From Thermoplasmatota archaeon (GTDB lineage Archaea; Thermoplasmatota; Penumbrarchaeia; Penumbrarchaeales; Penumbrarchaeaceae), in assembly GCA_965234725.1 (NCBI GenBank), contig CBDDUX010000087.1, forward strand, positions 1 to 20,883: a DNA stretch of 20,883 nucleotides, written 5' to 3'. Positions within the stretch are counted from its first letter, which is position 1, and every line of letters begins with the position of its first letter. The translations under genes and the position numbers were made by a program. Of this stretch, positions 1 through 9,604 are shown one piece after another. Under the pieces are notes generated by a model that searched no databases, was not told the origin of the DNA, and saw nothing but the letters and a program-made list of their open reading frames with translations.

Positions 1-13
1 CTATTGATCTAAA

Positions 14-53
14 GAGCCGTTAGGCTCGAGCATTCCGTAGGAATGCTTTTTTT
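14..53 (+). terminator. Tandem hairpins followed by a T-tract (terminator-like)
   Basis: GAGCC-GTTA-GGCTC (14-27) is directly followed by AGCATTCC-GTA-GGAATGCT (29-47), which runs into a 7-T run (47-53). The upstream gene lies outside the window. Confidence 0.55.
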
Positions 54-160
54 GGCCAACAGATCTTCTTAAGTCATCTCCTTTGTTCTTTTATCATTTG
101 AAGGGAAATGATTAACCCCTTGAGGCCTATTATTGGTATCTTATATCAAGGGGAATCTCA

Positions 161-1336
161 ATGGAAGGTAGGAAGGCCATCCTTTCAATGTGTATATTGA
201 TGACGCTTCTATCCGTGATGTGGATCCCAGAACTGGTCAGGGGAAACGCTCCACAATCCATGGACCTCGTTTATGATTTCGAGGATCAGGTCCTGTCAGT
301 TACCATCACGCATTCCATTGGGACCTCTTCTCATTACGTTCAAACAGTGATAGTCTACAGAAATGATGTAGCGGTTATCGAAGAGACCTATACCTCTCAA
401 CCCGATCCCAGGACCTTTACCTACGAATATGAAGTGACAGCTGTTGATGGTGATATCCTTCGGGTCTATGCTGATTGCAGCCTGGGAGGGGATATTGAAA
501 ATGAGATCACAGTAGTGGGGCCAAGGGAATACATGACCCTATCGGTCAATCCGGAACCTCTCCAGGTGGAGGTGGATGAAGAGGTGGATATGACTGTCAA
601 CATCTACAGGGAGAATGATATGACCCCGCTGGATGGTGTGTTCATTGATCCAAGTGCTGACCTTGGTTATATCGGAGATGTTTCAGACCTTGGTCTTGGT
701 GGATATGGTTTCACATATATCGGTCCTAATCTGGATGCGGAAGATATAGAGGTGATCAACCTAACCTGCACCAAGAATGGCTACCATCCACTTTACTATG
801 AGCTATCCTTCAATATCGTGATGGCATCGGATGATTCAAAGAATATTGTCGTATCCATCAAACCCATATTCTACAATATAGATGAGGGAGCAAAGAAGAC
901 CATTGAAGTTGAAGTGAAAGCCGGAGGAAGCTTCCTGGATGTGAATGACATAGATGTAGATTATTCAAAGGGCAAACTTACAAAGAGCAGAGAGGGGGCG
1001 GGAAAATACACCCTTGTATATACCGCGAACCAGGTCGAAACGTCAACAACAGCATATATCACCGTGATAGCCACCATGACCGGTTATGTGGAGGGGAGCA
1101 GACAGGTCCAGTTCCAGATAAATGATATAGGGAATGGTGGGTCAACAGAAACGAATTCCGGCGGGGGACTTGATTACAACACAATATTCATTGTTGGGAT
1201 AATCGCCTTGATCATCATCTTAGTCGTTGTAATTGTAATGATTTTCAGAAAGAGGAACAAACCGGAAGAGGTCCTGGTGGTGGAAGCGGAAGAAGTGGTC
1301 GACCAGTACGGGGAACCTCCATTGGAAGGAGCATAA
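161..1336 (+). CDS. Secreted, C-terminally membrane-anchored surface protein: N-terminal desulfoferrodoxin/SOR-like Ig-fold domain plus two Ig-like domains
   Basis: 391-aa ORF with purine-rich RBS (AAGGGG). Signal peptide MEGRKAILSM...VRG; H51-x6-H58...C106 in a beta-rich domain; acidic beta-rich middle; Gly/Ser linker; TM helix IFIVGIIALIIILVVVIVMIF followed by RKRNK. Confidence 0.75.
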   Translation: MEGRKAILSMCILMTLLSVMWIPELVRGNAPQSMDLVYDFEDQVLSVTITHSIGTSSHYVQTVIVYRNDVAVIEETYTSQPDPRTFTYEYEVTAVDGDILRVYADCSLGGDIENEITVVGPREYMTLSVNPEPLQVEVDEEVDMTVNIYRENDMTPLDGVFIDPSADLGYIGDVSDLGLGGYGFTYIGPNLDAEDIEVINLTCTKNGYHPLYYELSFNIVMASDDSKNIVVSIKPIFYNIDEGAKKTIEVEVKAGGSFLDVNDIDVDYSKGKLTKSREGAGKYTLVYTANQVETSTTAYITVIATMTGYVEGSRQVQFQINDIGNGGSTETNSGGGLDYNTIFIVGIIALIIILVVVIVMIFRKRNKPEEVLVVEAEEVVDQYGEPPLEGA

Positions 1337-1342
1337 TTGTAC

Positions 1343-1357
1343 AAAACCATTATAAGT
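1343..1357 (+). promoter_or_regulatory. Archaeal BRE/TATA promoter of the large beta-helix surface protein gene
   Basis: AAAACCA-TTATAAGT in the intergenic gap; its position argues against the TTG start at 1366 and for ATG 1402/1405. Confidence 0.5.
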
Positions 1358-1401
1358 AAAGGGAATTGATACGAAATCATAAGGTCTTGGGAGCCCCTTT
1401 G

Positions 1402-4400
1402 ATGATGAAAACGTTACTGATCACGGCAGTCCTTATCCTGATCGATCTGCTTCCGGTGATCCCCATGGATGCTGAAGTCAACGGACTCCAGATCAACAGC
1501 ACTCACGATCCGATATCCATCGACGGGGATGAGGACCTCGTCCAGACCGCTTTCGATGAGGGCTGGAAGGGGACCGGAACACCGCAGGATCCTTTCGTTA
1601 TCGAGGACCTTGAAATAGACGGGGATTCTGATTACACCTGCATAGAACTTCTAAATACGAGTTACAGCGTCCAAATTAGGAACTGCACAGTCACCAATGT
1701 CGATGAATCAGATTATGATTGGGATAAAGCAGGTATCCACCTTTATAACACTACAGATATTCGAATTCTCAATATTACATCATCTGAATGTGTTTTTGGT
1801 GTCCTGGTTCAGGATTCATCAAATATCATGGTCGAGGATTCCCGGATCAAATCGAGCTATATGGCCATATATTCAATTCGATCTGAAAACATTACGGTTG
1901 CAGGTTCGAATCTTACAAATTGCGATTTTGGTTTCTATGCAGGAGAATCCAATCATGTCCTGATTATGAACTGCAACATTTCGATAATGGAAAGGGGGAT
2001 AAATATTAAAAATGGTATAAATATGACCATTTTGAAAAATAACATCTCGATATGCCAATATGGAGTAACCTATGAGGTGAATAGCATAGGATACGATCTT
2101 GTAATTGAGAATAATCATTTTAATAACATCTTTTTTGATGGGATCGTTCTATTTAGTACCAATAAGGCGAAGATAATAAAAAATTATTTTGAAAATATTA
2201 CTTTGAGATCAGTACTATCTTTTTGGATTAATTACAACTTATTCATAGTTGACAATATTATGATAAATCAAGGACAAAAGGGAATTGAAGTCCGTGACGG
2301 GAATATCAACGGAGCACGGGGGATCGCCTCATATATACATAATAACACAATTATTGGTTCTTTAATTGGTATTTATGTACTCCGCAATGTTGAGATAAGG
2401 GGTAACAATATTACCGGTTCCGTCAAAGGTATCGTAAGTGAGTCGGGAACTTTAGGTTACAATAACCTCATTATAAGCAATACTGTCACAAATTGTGAGG
2501 AAGTTGGAATTCAAGTTGGTTATGATGTAATCGTTGAAGAGAATGAGATAATGAATTGCAATGAGGGAATGAGATTATACGGCAGCAATACCACTGCAAG
2601 GTACAACCTTATCCACAACTGCACCTTGAACGGAACAACGATCACGGGAGATGATATCCATCTTGAAGAGAACGTCATCTACGGGTGCGGGATGAATGGC
2701 ATCTATCTAAGTGGATCGGGAAATGTCGATCTTACCAGAGATTACATCTATGAGAACACCGGCAACGGGATCACCTCCATCAACAGCGGCCCTACAATAT
2801 ACATTGGAACACAGATCCACAATAACGGCGGAGTCGGATTGAGCACCCTGGACAATTATACACTGACATTGAGGAACGTCTCCGCTTCTCAAAACAACAT
2901 GGTGAACCTCAACCTAAGATGCAGGGACGACATCTCTGCCACCGGACTGGAATTGTATTCCACAGAGACCGGTGCCTTCGTAATGTCTCCAGAGAACGTG
3001 GAGATTTCAGATTCCGATTTCTTCGATCTGGAAACGGGGATCAATATCTATCAGTTCGGATCCATGAAAATGGATCACAACTCATTCGATGGATGCGGGA
3101 TCTACCTATCTGGACCGGAAGGTCCCTCTGGGATGGACCTTTCAGGAATGGACCTGGGAACCACGAACCGGGTCAACGGAAGGAAACTCTATCTCATTGA
3201 TGACAGCTATGATGAAATAAAGCTCCCCGCTGATTCGGGACAGTTGATAATCTACAACTCAAACCTCCACTTCGCTGATAACCTGGACCTTTCCGATGCG
3301 ACCATCGGACTTATTATGATCGGATCTCAGAACATTAGGGTAGGAAATACCTCACTGGATGACAACATTGCCGGGATCCTTGCTTTTGATTGCGAATCCA
3401 TCGATATCGTTGGTTCATCCTTCAGGAATGACATCTCAGGAATTGAATTCCGGAATGTTACGACATCATCCATCGAAGGCAACGGATTCCTGAGGTGCAG
3501 AGGAAAAGCCGTATTTCTCGAAGATGACAGCAGGGAATGCTCCATCAGGGAGAATCTGTTCTTCGGTTCCATCGGAACCACCTCATATGCCATCGAATCT
3601 TTTGCGGGTGAAACGGATGTCTACGGCAACCATTTCATATACAACAGAGGATCGGGTGATGAATACGCCACTTATCTCACTCAAGTGATCGATCCATTAA
3701 GTAAAGTTAAATGGTCCTTCAACGGAAAAGGAAACTACTGGAGGGACCATCACAAACCTGATCTTGAGAATGATGGGATCGTGGACTCGCCATATTTCAT
3801 AGAACCATCCTATCTTACAAATGATCCTTATCCCTTGGCCAGATCTTACCTGTTCGACCCACCGGTCCTTGACCTGTCGATACTGATAGATCCTCCAAGG
3901 GCGATCCTCAATTGGCAGGAACCGGACCTGGGTAAGTTCGTCAAGGTCCTGAACTACACGATTTACAGGAGGGAGTTCTCAGGAGAACCTGAGATCATCG
4001 CCATCCTTCCTACTGATCAGACCTCATATATGGACCTGAATGTTTCCTACGGGAGGGATTATAGTTATTCCATCTCTGTTCTGAACGATCTTTTCGAGGG
4101 GGACCGATCGAGAGAGATAATGACCGATTTTCAGGTGGAACTTCCTGTCCTTGAGATAATTGATCCCTGGGAAGGGAATGTTACTGGTGAAGATAACATG
4201 CAGGTCGAATGGTCTGTTGACAATCTTTCAAGGGTGGACCATTTCGAGGTCAGAATAGACCTGATGGAATGGAAGAATGTCGGACATGCTTTCACATACC
4301 GTTTCATCAATCTCTCAGAGGGGACACATATAGTCAAGATCAAAGCGGTTGCTGTGACCGGAGGGGATGTTATTCAGCAGATCACATTCATGGTGGATAT

Positions 4401-5838
4401 GGGTAAACCTTCCATCACCATAATAACACCAGAGGATGGATCGGTCCTTGCTGCCAATATCACAAAAGCCAGCTGGACGGCAACGGATGACCTTTCCGAC
4501 ATTCAGAATTACCTTGTCTCCCTGGATGATGACGAGGCCTTCAGTATAAGCGGAGCAAGTTTCATTATGCTGATAAATCTCAGTGATGGGTACCATACGT
4601 TGACAATTACTGCATTTGACAAAGGAGGAAATTCCGACACTGATGAGATCGTCTTCAGGGTGGACACCTTCAAACCCGCAATAGAGATTACAGGACCCCA
4701 AGAAGGACTGTTGACCCGATCAAGAGACATCAAGGTAACTTGGAATGCCTACGATATCGGGAGCGGGCTCGAACTGTTCAGTATTAAACTTGACGATCAG
4801 GACTGGTTCGATATAAGCCCGGAAAGAACTGAAAGATCATTCTGGCAGCTGGATGACGGAAGGCATGATGTTAAGGTCCTGGCAAGGGACCTTGCTGGGA
4901 ATACCAACACAACCAATGTCAGCTTCACCATTGATGCGACAACCCCTGAACTTTTTATAAACTCCCCTATTGATGGAAGCCACATCTCTCAGGCTCCGGT
5001 ATCCGTTCAATGGAGCGTATCGGATGCTGTTTCCGGGGTAGATCGTGTGGAATTCAAGGATAACAGTTCCGAATGGGAGAAGGTCCCAGCTAACCATATT
5101 GCCCTCCCTGGATTGGAAGAAGGTACATACACGGTATGGATCAGGGCCTTCGACAAGGTGGGCAATGTCGTTGAAGCATCAACGACATTCACTGTGGACA
5201 GGACCCCTCCGGTTGTCCTTGGATACGGCCCTACCGGCAGTAATGAACCTCTTGACGAACCAGTATTCGTATCCTTCTCAGAGAGAATGAACAAGGGAAC
5301 CCTTAGGATCACAGTGGAAGGTGTCACCGGCAAAATCATCTGGCAGGGGGAGAGGGCTGTTTTTGAACCTGCTGGCAAACTTGACCCTGGAATAACCTAC
5401 AATGTGACCGTGACCGGTTCTGACCTGGCCGGAAATACTCTCGAAATGCTTGAATGGTCCTTCACCACCACGGTATTGGGAAAAGTGCGAGGGAGAGTTG
5501 TGGACAAGAATGGTAACTCCCTCGGTGAAGCCAGGATCACCATCGGGGGTGAAGGGTCCGATTCCAGGCCGGATGGAGGATTCTTCATAGAGCTGGTGAA
5601 CGGGACATACAAGATGAGGATAAGCAAGGATGGTTATCGATCCATGACCATCTCGGTTGACATCTCAGCAGGTGAGATCAACGACCTGGGAGAGGTGGTC
5701 CTGAAGGATGAGAAGGATGAAGGTCTGAACTTATTAGCGGTTATCATGGTACCTCTTGCACTGATCCTTATGGTCCTTCTGGTCCTGATCATTGGAAACT
5801 TCCTGAAAGCGGGAAGAAAGCTGGATGAGGAAGAATGA
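1402..5838 (+). CDS. Large surface protein: right-handed parallel beta-helix (NosD/CASH-like) repeats, FN3 domain, tandem Ig-like domains, carboxypeptidase-regulatory-like domain, C-terminal TM anchor
   Basis: ORF track gives 1366..5838; ATG at 1402/1405 follows GGAG and opens a signal peptide (MKTLLITAVLILI). HDPISIDGD..GWKGTGTPQDPFVIE cap motif, many I/V-x-x-N-x-I repeats, GNYWRD..D.ENDGIVDSPY end cap, LNW..P....YTIYRR FN3 motif, GRVVDKNGNSL.EARITI, TM LLAVIMVPLALILMVLLVLII. Confidence 0.85.
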   Translation: MMKTLLITAVLILIDLLPVIPMDAEVNGLQINSTHDPISIDGDEDLVQTAFDEGWKGTGTPQDPFVIEDLEIDGDSDYTCIELLNTSYSVQIRNCTVTNVDESDYDWDKAGIHLYNTTDIRILNITSSECVFGVLVQDSSNIMVEDSRIKSSYMAIYSIRSENITVAGSNLTNCDFGFYAGESNHVLIMNCNISIMERGINIKNGINMTILKNNISICQYGVTYEVNSIGYDLVIENNHFNNIFFDGIVLFSTNKAKIIKNYFENITLRSVLSFWINYNLFIVDNIMINQGQKGIEVRDGNINGARGIASYIHNNTIIGSLIGIYVLRNVEIRGNNITGSVKGIVSESGTLGYNNLIISNTVTNCEEVGIQVGYDVIVEENEIMNCNEGMRLYGSNTTARYNLIHNCTLNGTTITGDDIHLEENVIYGCGMNGIYLSGSGNVDLTRDYIYENTGNGITSINSGPTIYIGTQIHNNGGVGLSTLDNYTLTLRNVSASQNNMVNLNLRCRDDISATGLELYSTETGAFVMSPENVEISDSDFFDLETGINIYQFGSMKMDHNSFDGCGIYLSGPEGPSGMDLSGMDLGTTNRVNGRKLYLIDDSYDEIKLPADSGQLIIYNSNLHFADNLDLSDATIGLIMIGSQNIRVGNTSLDDNIAGILAFDCESIDIVGSSFRNDISGIEFRNVTTSSIEGNGFLRCRGKAVFLEDDSRECSIRENLFFGSIGTTSYAIESFAGETDVYGNHFIYNRGSGDEYATYLTQVIDPLSKVKWSFNGKGNYWRDHHKPDLENDGIVDSPYFIEPSYLTNDPYPLARSYLFDPPVLDLSILIDPPRAILNWQEPDLGKFVKVLNYTIYRREFSGEPEIIAILPTDQTSYMDLNVSYGRDYSYSISVLNDLFEGDRSREIMTDFQVELPVLEIIDPWEGNVTGEDNMQVEWSVDNLSRVDHFEVRIDLMEWKNVGHAFTYRFINLSEGTHIVKIKAVAVTGGDVIQQITFMVDMGKPSITIITPEDGSVLAANITKASWTATDDLSDIQNYLVSLDDDEAFSISGASFIMLINLSDGYHTLTITAFDKGGNSDTDEIVFRVDTFKPAIEITGPQEGLLTRSRDIKVTWNAYDIGSGLELFSIKLDDQDWFDISPERTERSFWQLDDGRHDVKVLARDLAGNTNTTNVSFTIDATTPELFINSPIDGSHISQAPVSVQWSVSDAVSGVDRVEFKDNSSEWEKVPANHIALPGLEEGTYTVWIRAFDKVGNVVEASTTFTVDRTPPVVLGYGPTGSNEPLDEPVFVSFSERMNKGTLRITVEGVTGKIIWQGERAVFEPAGKLDPGITYNVTVTGSDLAGNTLEMLEWSFTTTVLGKVRGRVVDKNGNSLGEARITIGGEGSDSRPDGGFFIELVNGTYKMRISKDGYRSMTISVDISAGEINDLGEVVLKDEKDEGLNLLAVIMVPLALILMVLLVLIIGNFLKAGRKLDEEE
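4144..5199 (+). repeat. Four tandem ~89-aa Ig-like (Big-type) protein repeats
   Basis: Recurring pattern P.(L/I).I..P.(E/D)G......V.W...D..S......D...W........L.(E/D)G.H.V.I.A.D..GN......F.(V/I)D in the translation; DNA-level identity is low. Confidence 0.75.
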
Positions 5839-5842
5839 CCCC

Positions 5843-8575
5843 TCATTCCTCCCAATCCATCTCGTCATTTCTCCTTCTGATGAAAAGGAGGACAACAATG
5901 AACAGGATTATCAGGATCACAGCTGCTATGGCTACCACAACGATCCACATAGGGGAACCATTTTCGTCCTCTTTTTCAGGTTCTTGATCCTCTTTCACAG
6001 GTTCCTCGATCTCGAAGGTCAACGATAGTTCGATCCAACCGGGTCTCTCCTCTTCAGTGGATGAGATGTTCAACAATACCGAATGATTACCTTGTTCAAG
6101 AGAGGAGATCGAAAATTCCATCCCAATATATTCCACCCCATCCACTTGCCAGATGAAGGAAAGGTTCCTATCATCATCCGCCACAGCCTTGAAGAGGACG
6201 GTTCCGTTGGATGGGTAACTACTTCCCTGAGCGGGAGAAACAATACTTGCACCCATAGGTGCCACCGGTTCGATCGGTTCAGGTCCTTGATCTTCTGGCA
6301 ATGTAACATTGACAGTCCATTTGAAAAAATGGACTTCCGATCCTGACCCAAGAACGAGATCCACATCAAAGACCTCTCCACCTTCCAATCCAAGTTCTGA
6401 AGGATCAAGCAAGATCGAGGTTTCATTCGTTATGGTGAGGTTTAGAAAATTCCATTCTGAAAGGATAATGGTCCCATCCGGATCAAATGCATCATATCCG
6501 ATATCCAATGTTCCATTATATTGTAAGGTCGTATTACCCGAAAGCGGATCTAGTGAGACCTCGATTGGTCTGTCCACATCTTCTATTATTACCGTCCAGT
6601 TCCTCATAAGATCGAACGAGTGATCCCTTCCGTCATAGACAATAACCGAAATATTCAATGGGGAATCCTCCGAGGAGTTTGCACCCAAATATTCCGTATG
6701 AAGGTGGATATATCTGAATGCTTCAAAACTGGTATTCCCCACCATCCAAAAATATCTCAGATCGTCACCGTCTGGCTCAGATATGTTCAAGATGAATTCA
6801 ACGGTCATATTCTCCAAGACAGAAATCAGGGTCCCTTCGGGTGCATAGGACTCGATGACATGAGGGCGGTTCACGTCTGTAACATTGATCCGGCATTCAA
6901 TTTCGGTCATATTGTCCGCTGGATAAGTCTGATTGTCAGCGAGTTCATACCTAAGGATATAGGGATATGGTCTGTATGAATTGTTTTGATCATACGTGGT
7001 CAAAAAATCGTAATCCTTGCTGTTCGAAACAACTTCTCCATCGAGATACCACTGACCGAGAAGCTCCTCTCCACCTCTGGATGCTACAACTGAAAAATGG
7101 ATCGTATCCCCCTCCTCGATGTTGAGAGGTCCAGGTTCATGAGAGAGGTTCCAGAGGATCGAAGGTCTTGGTAACACAGTGAAATTGGTCTGAATTCTAT
7201 TGTTCGTTTCATTGATCTCAGTTACCTGGCCGTATATGTCAATGGTCAGACTCAGATTGTAGAAATTTGGAGAAATGAAGGTATCGTTCAGGTAAAGAAC
7301 AATAAAAGATCTGGCAGGAACTGATAGACCATAGGATGTCACTAACTCGTATCGATCAGGTGGAATAAGTTCCAGCATCATGGAAAAGTTCTGGACATCA
7401 AAGTTCGAGGGATTATGGATCCTCATCCCGATCCTGACCATGTCATCAACCGTCCCATTTCCATCCTGTTCTACCCAGAGATCACCCTCTTCCACAACCA
7501 GTTCCTGTGCTTTGGTCGTAACAGTGATCACTCCGATCCCTTCTCCTGTGTTGATCACAACAAGCACTCCCAGAGAAGCGTGATCGATAAGTGTCGGTGT
7601 ATCATCTGCATCCAATGGGGCTTTTAAAACAACGTCAAAATCCTTGTCCCCTCCAACGAGAACAGTGGTCTTGGCAATGTTACCGTCCAGAAAGAAGACA
7701 CTCACAAGACAATTGGAGATGGAAACCTCCCCGTGGACAGTGAAATCCTCGGTTACCCAGACCTGTTGTTCGGTCACTATCTCAAGGTCAACCTGAACAG
7801 AGGTCCTATGGTGTTTGAAAACAGAAAGTTCAAGTGGAATATCCAGGGTGGATCCTCCCACATCCAGGGTATAGCTTCTCAATATGGAATTGCCTACGGA
7901 TCCATTGTAGAAGAGGGTCTCTTCTCCGTTTACCAAAATAGGAAAGATATCGAAGGTACCCGCATCCACAATCATTGATCTTTTCGTCCCCAGAGAGCAA
8001 TCCTGAACGATAGGGACAAGATCTCCCGATCCACCGAATGGAAGCCTTGCGGAAGTATTGACATCCCAGGTATCTCCGGGTACAAGTGGGAAATCGTATT
8101 CTTCAAGTGGAGGCACGTATTCGTATCCAATGGTATAATCGCCATTGATGAAAGATACTGTACCGGAAACCGTTGCATTCAATACGGACCTGTATACTGC
8201 AAGGTCCTGTGCTCTATGCCAGAGATAACCGGTGATGTCTATATCGATCTCAATATCTCCGAGGATCGTCGACTCCTTCCCTGAAATGTGACCTGATAGA
8301 TTCGTGATATAAACCGGATCGCCATTCGAGAGCAGGTCCAGAGTGAAGAGGAAAACGCTCATGTTGATCCAACCGGAGAGTCCCACACTGACGATCCCAG
8401 CATCGTACTCGAACTGAGTGGTATAGTTCCAGAAATCATCCGGACCCCATACAGGGACATCCTCCCATCCCTCCGGGTCGAACGGTGGGTCCTCCAAGGG
8501 GGAGATCGATCCCTGGGCCATTGAGGATGCAGCTAGTAGGAGTGATAGAATTATTATCTTTAACGAGGATCTCAT
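5843..8575 (-). CDS. Secreted multi-domain surface protein (N-terminal beta-sheet domain, CARDB-like domain, PKD/cadherin-like Ig domains, C-terminal TM anchor)
   Basis: ORF track gives 5843..8656; a better start is ATG at 8575, preceded by GGTGGAG and giving signal peptide MRSSLKIIILSLLLAASSMA. CARDB-type EINETNN motif, EPDGDDLRYFW and FDPDG motifs, TM WIVVVAIAAVILIILFIVVLLFI then RRR and an acidic tail. Confidence 0.8.
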   Translation of the reverse strand: MRSSLKIIILSLLLAASSMAQGSISPLEDPPFDPEGWEDVPVWGPDDFWNYTTQFEYDAGIVSVGLSGWINMSVFLFTLDLLSNGDPVYITNLSGHISGKESTILGDIEIDIDITGYLWHRAQDLAVYRSVLNATVSGTVSFINGDYTIGYEYVPPLEEYDFPLVPGDTWDVNTSARLPFGGSGDLVPIVQDCSLGTKRSMIVDAGTFDIFPILVNGEETLFYNGSVGNSILRSYTLDVGGSTLDIPLELSVFKHHRTSVQVDLEIVTEQQVWVTEDFTVHGEVSISNCLVSVFFLDGNIAKTTVLVGGDKDFDVVLKAPLDADDTPTLIDHASLGVLVVINTGEGIGVITVTTKAQELVVEEGDLWVEQDGNGTVDDMVRIGMRIHNPSNFDVQNFSMMLELIPPDRYELVTSYGLSVPARSFIVLYLNDTFISPNFYNLSLTIDIYGQVTEINETNNRIQTNFTVLPRPSILWNLSHEPGPLNIEEGDTIHFSVVASRGGEELLGQWYLDGEVVSNSKDYDFLTTYDQNNSYRPYPYILRYELADNQTYPADNMTEIECRINVTDVNRPHVIESYAPEGTLISVLENMTVEFILNISEPDGDDLRYFWMVGNTSFEAFRYIHLHTEYLGANSSEDSPLNISVIVYDGRDHSFDLMRNWTVIIEDVDRPIEVSLDPLSGNTTLQYNGTLDIGYDAFDPDGTIILSEWNFLNLTITNETSILLDPSELGLEGGEVFDVDLVLGSGSEVHFFKWTVNVTLPEDQGPEPIEPVAPMGASIVSPAQGSSYPSNGTVLFKAVADDDRNLSFIWQVDGVEYIGMEFSISSLEQGNHSVLLNISSTEEERPGWIELSLTFEIEEPVKEDQEPEKEDENGSPMWIVVVAIAAVILIILFIVVLLFIRRRNDEMDWEE

Positions 8576-8588
8576 GTATACTCCACCT

Positions 8589-9587
8589 TCAGGGCTTTGG
8601 TGGTCTAATAATCTGCGGGGCTTTATCCTTTTTCGATCTCTGAGCGATCCAAACACCTATCAACAATCCCAATCCGGCCAAAAGTTGGACGATACCCAGT
8701 CTTTCTCCGAGTAGGACATATCCAAGTATCACAGAGAAGATCGGAAGCAAGAACACATAGAAAATGAGCCTGGATAGGTCACCGGTGCTCAGGACTCTGT
8801 ACCATATTATTGCTGCTACAGCATATACGCAAACTGAGATATAGAACAGGGCCAGGAAACTTTCAAAGGACATTGAAAATGCTCTGATCGGGTCCTCCAC
8901 CCCCGCTATCCAGACGATCATCAGAACAGGTAAAGTGAACAATGCTCCAAGGAAAGCGTTCATTCCTAGGAGGGCAACCGGATCGGCCTTTCGGTTCAGG
9001 GCCATTTTTAGAAGGATGCCGGATATTGAATATGAAAAGGCAGTCAGTAGATTGAGGACTCCCCCTATGACCTGATCGGAACCTAGCTCTATCCCGTTCC
9101 CGGAATAGGTAGTGAGGATTATCGTACAAGGTATTGATATCAGCAGACCTATAAATATCCAGACTCCGATCTTATCTTTCAAGAAGATCCACGCCAGAAA
9201 AATCGTGAAGACCGGACCAACTCCTTGTATAAGAGAAGCCAATGATGATTTTGTAGATGGGTCCATCATCATCATTCCCACGTTCTGCAGGATATTGGGA
9301 AGTGCGGTTCCGAAGAAAGCTGTTCCCACGACGATCAGAAGGTATCTCCTTTTCTTCATTCTGACAAAGAGCCACCATTCTTTTCTCAGAAGGACTCTTC
9401 TCTTAAGGACCAGTCCCAAGAAAAGGTACATTGACATCATGAAAACAGCAGCGATCGCAGACCTCAGGAAACCCAGGGTCACAGGAGGTATATCCTTTAA
9501 AGCAAGAACAATGGCCCAAAAAGCCGTACCGAATACCATCATGGAGAAAATGGCAAGGATCGTGGACCTATCGTTCCTTTCGATCAT
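8589..9587 (-). CDS. EamA/DMT superfamily transporter
   Basis: 332 aa with about 10 hydrophobic segments in two repeats; motifs PPVTLGFLR, GPVFTIFLAWIFLKDK and LPIFSVILGYVLLGERL are typical of EamA. Confidence 0.9.
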   Translation of the reverse strand: MIERNDRSTILAIFSMMVFGTAFWAIVLALKDIPPVTLGFLRSAIAAVFMMSMYLFLGLVLKRRVLLRKEWWLFVRMKKRRYLLIVVGTAFFGTALPNILQNVGMMMMDPSTKSSLASLIQGVGPVFTIFLAWIFLKDKIGVWIFIGLLISIPCTIILTTYSGNGIELGSDQVIGGVLNLLTAFSYSISGILLKMALNRKADPVALLGMNAFLGALFTLPVLMIVWIAGVEDPIRAFSMSFESFLALFYISVCVYAVAAIIWYRVLSTGDLSRLIFYVFLLPIFSVILGYVLLGERLGIVQLLAGLGLLIGVWIAQRSKKDKAPQIIRPPKP

Positions 9588-9604
9588 CCATACTCCAACT
9601 TGAT

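Noticed and set aside
19..60. Integron attC site (GTTAGGC and GGCCAAC core-like words)
   Set aside because: The order is opposite to RYYYAAC...GTTRRRY within the window, no further copies occur and no integrase is present.
1640..2580. Diversity-generating retroelement target region
   Set aside because: No template/variable repeat pair and no reverse transcriptase gene in the window.
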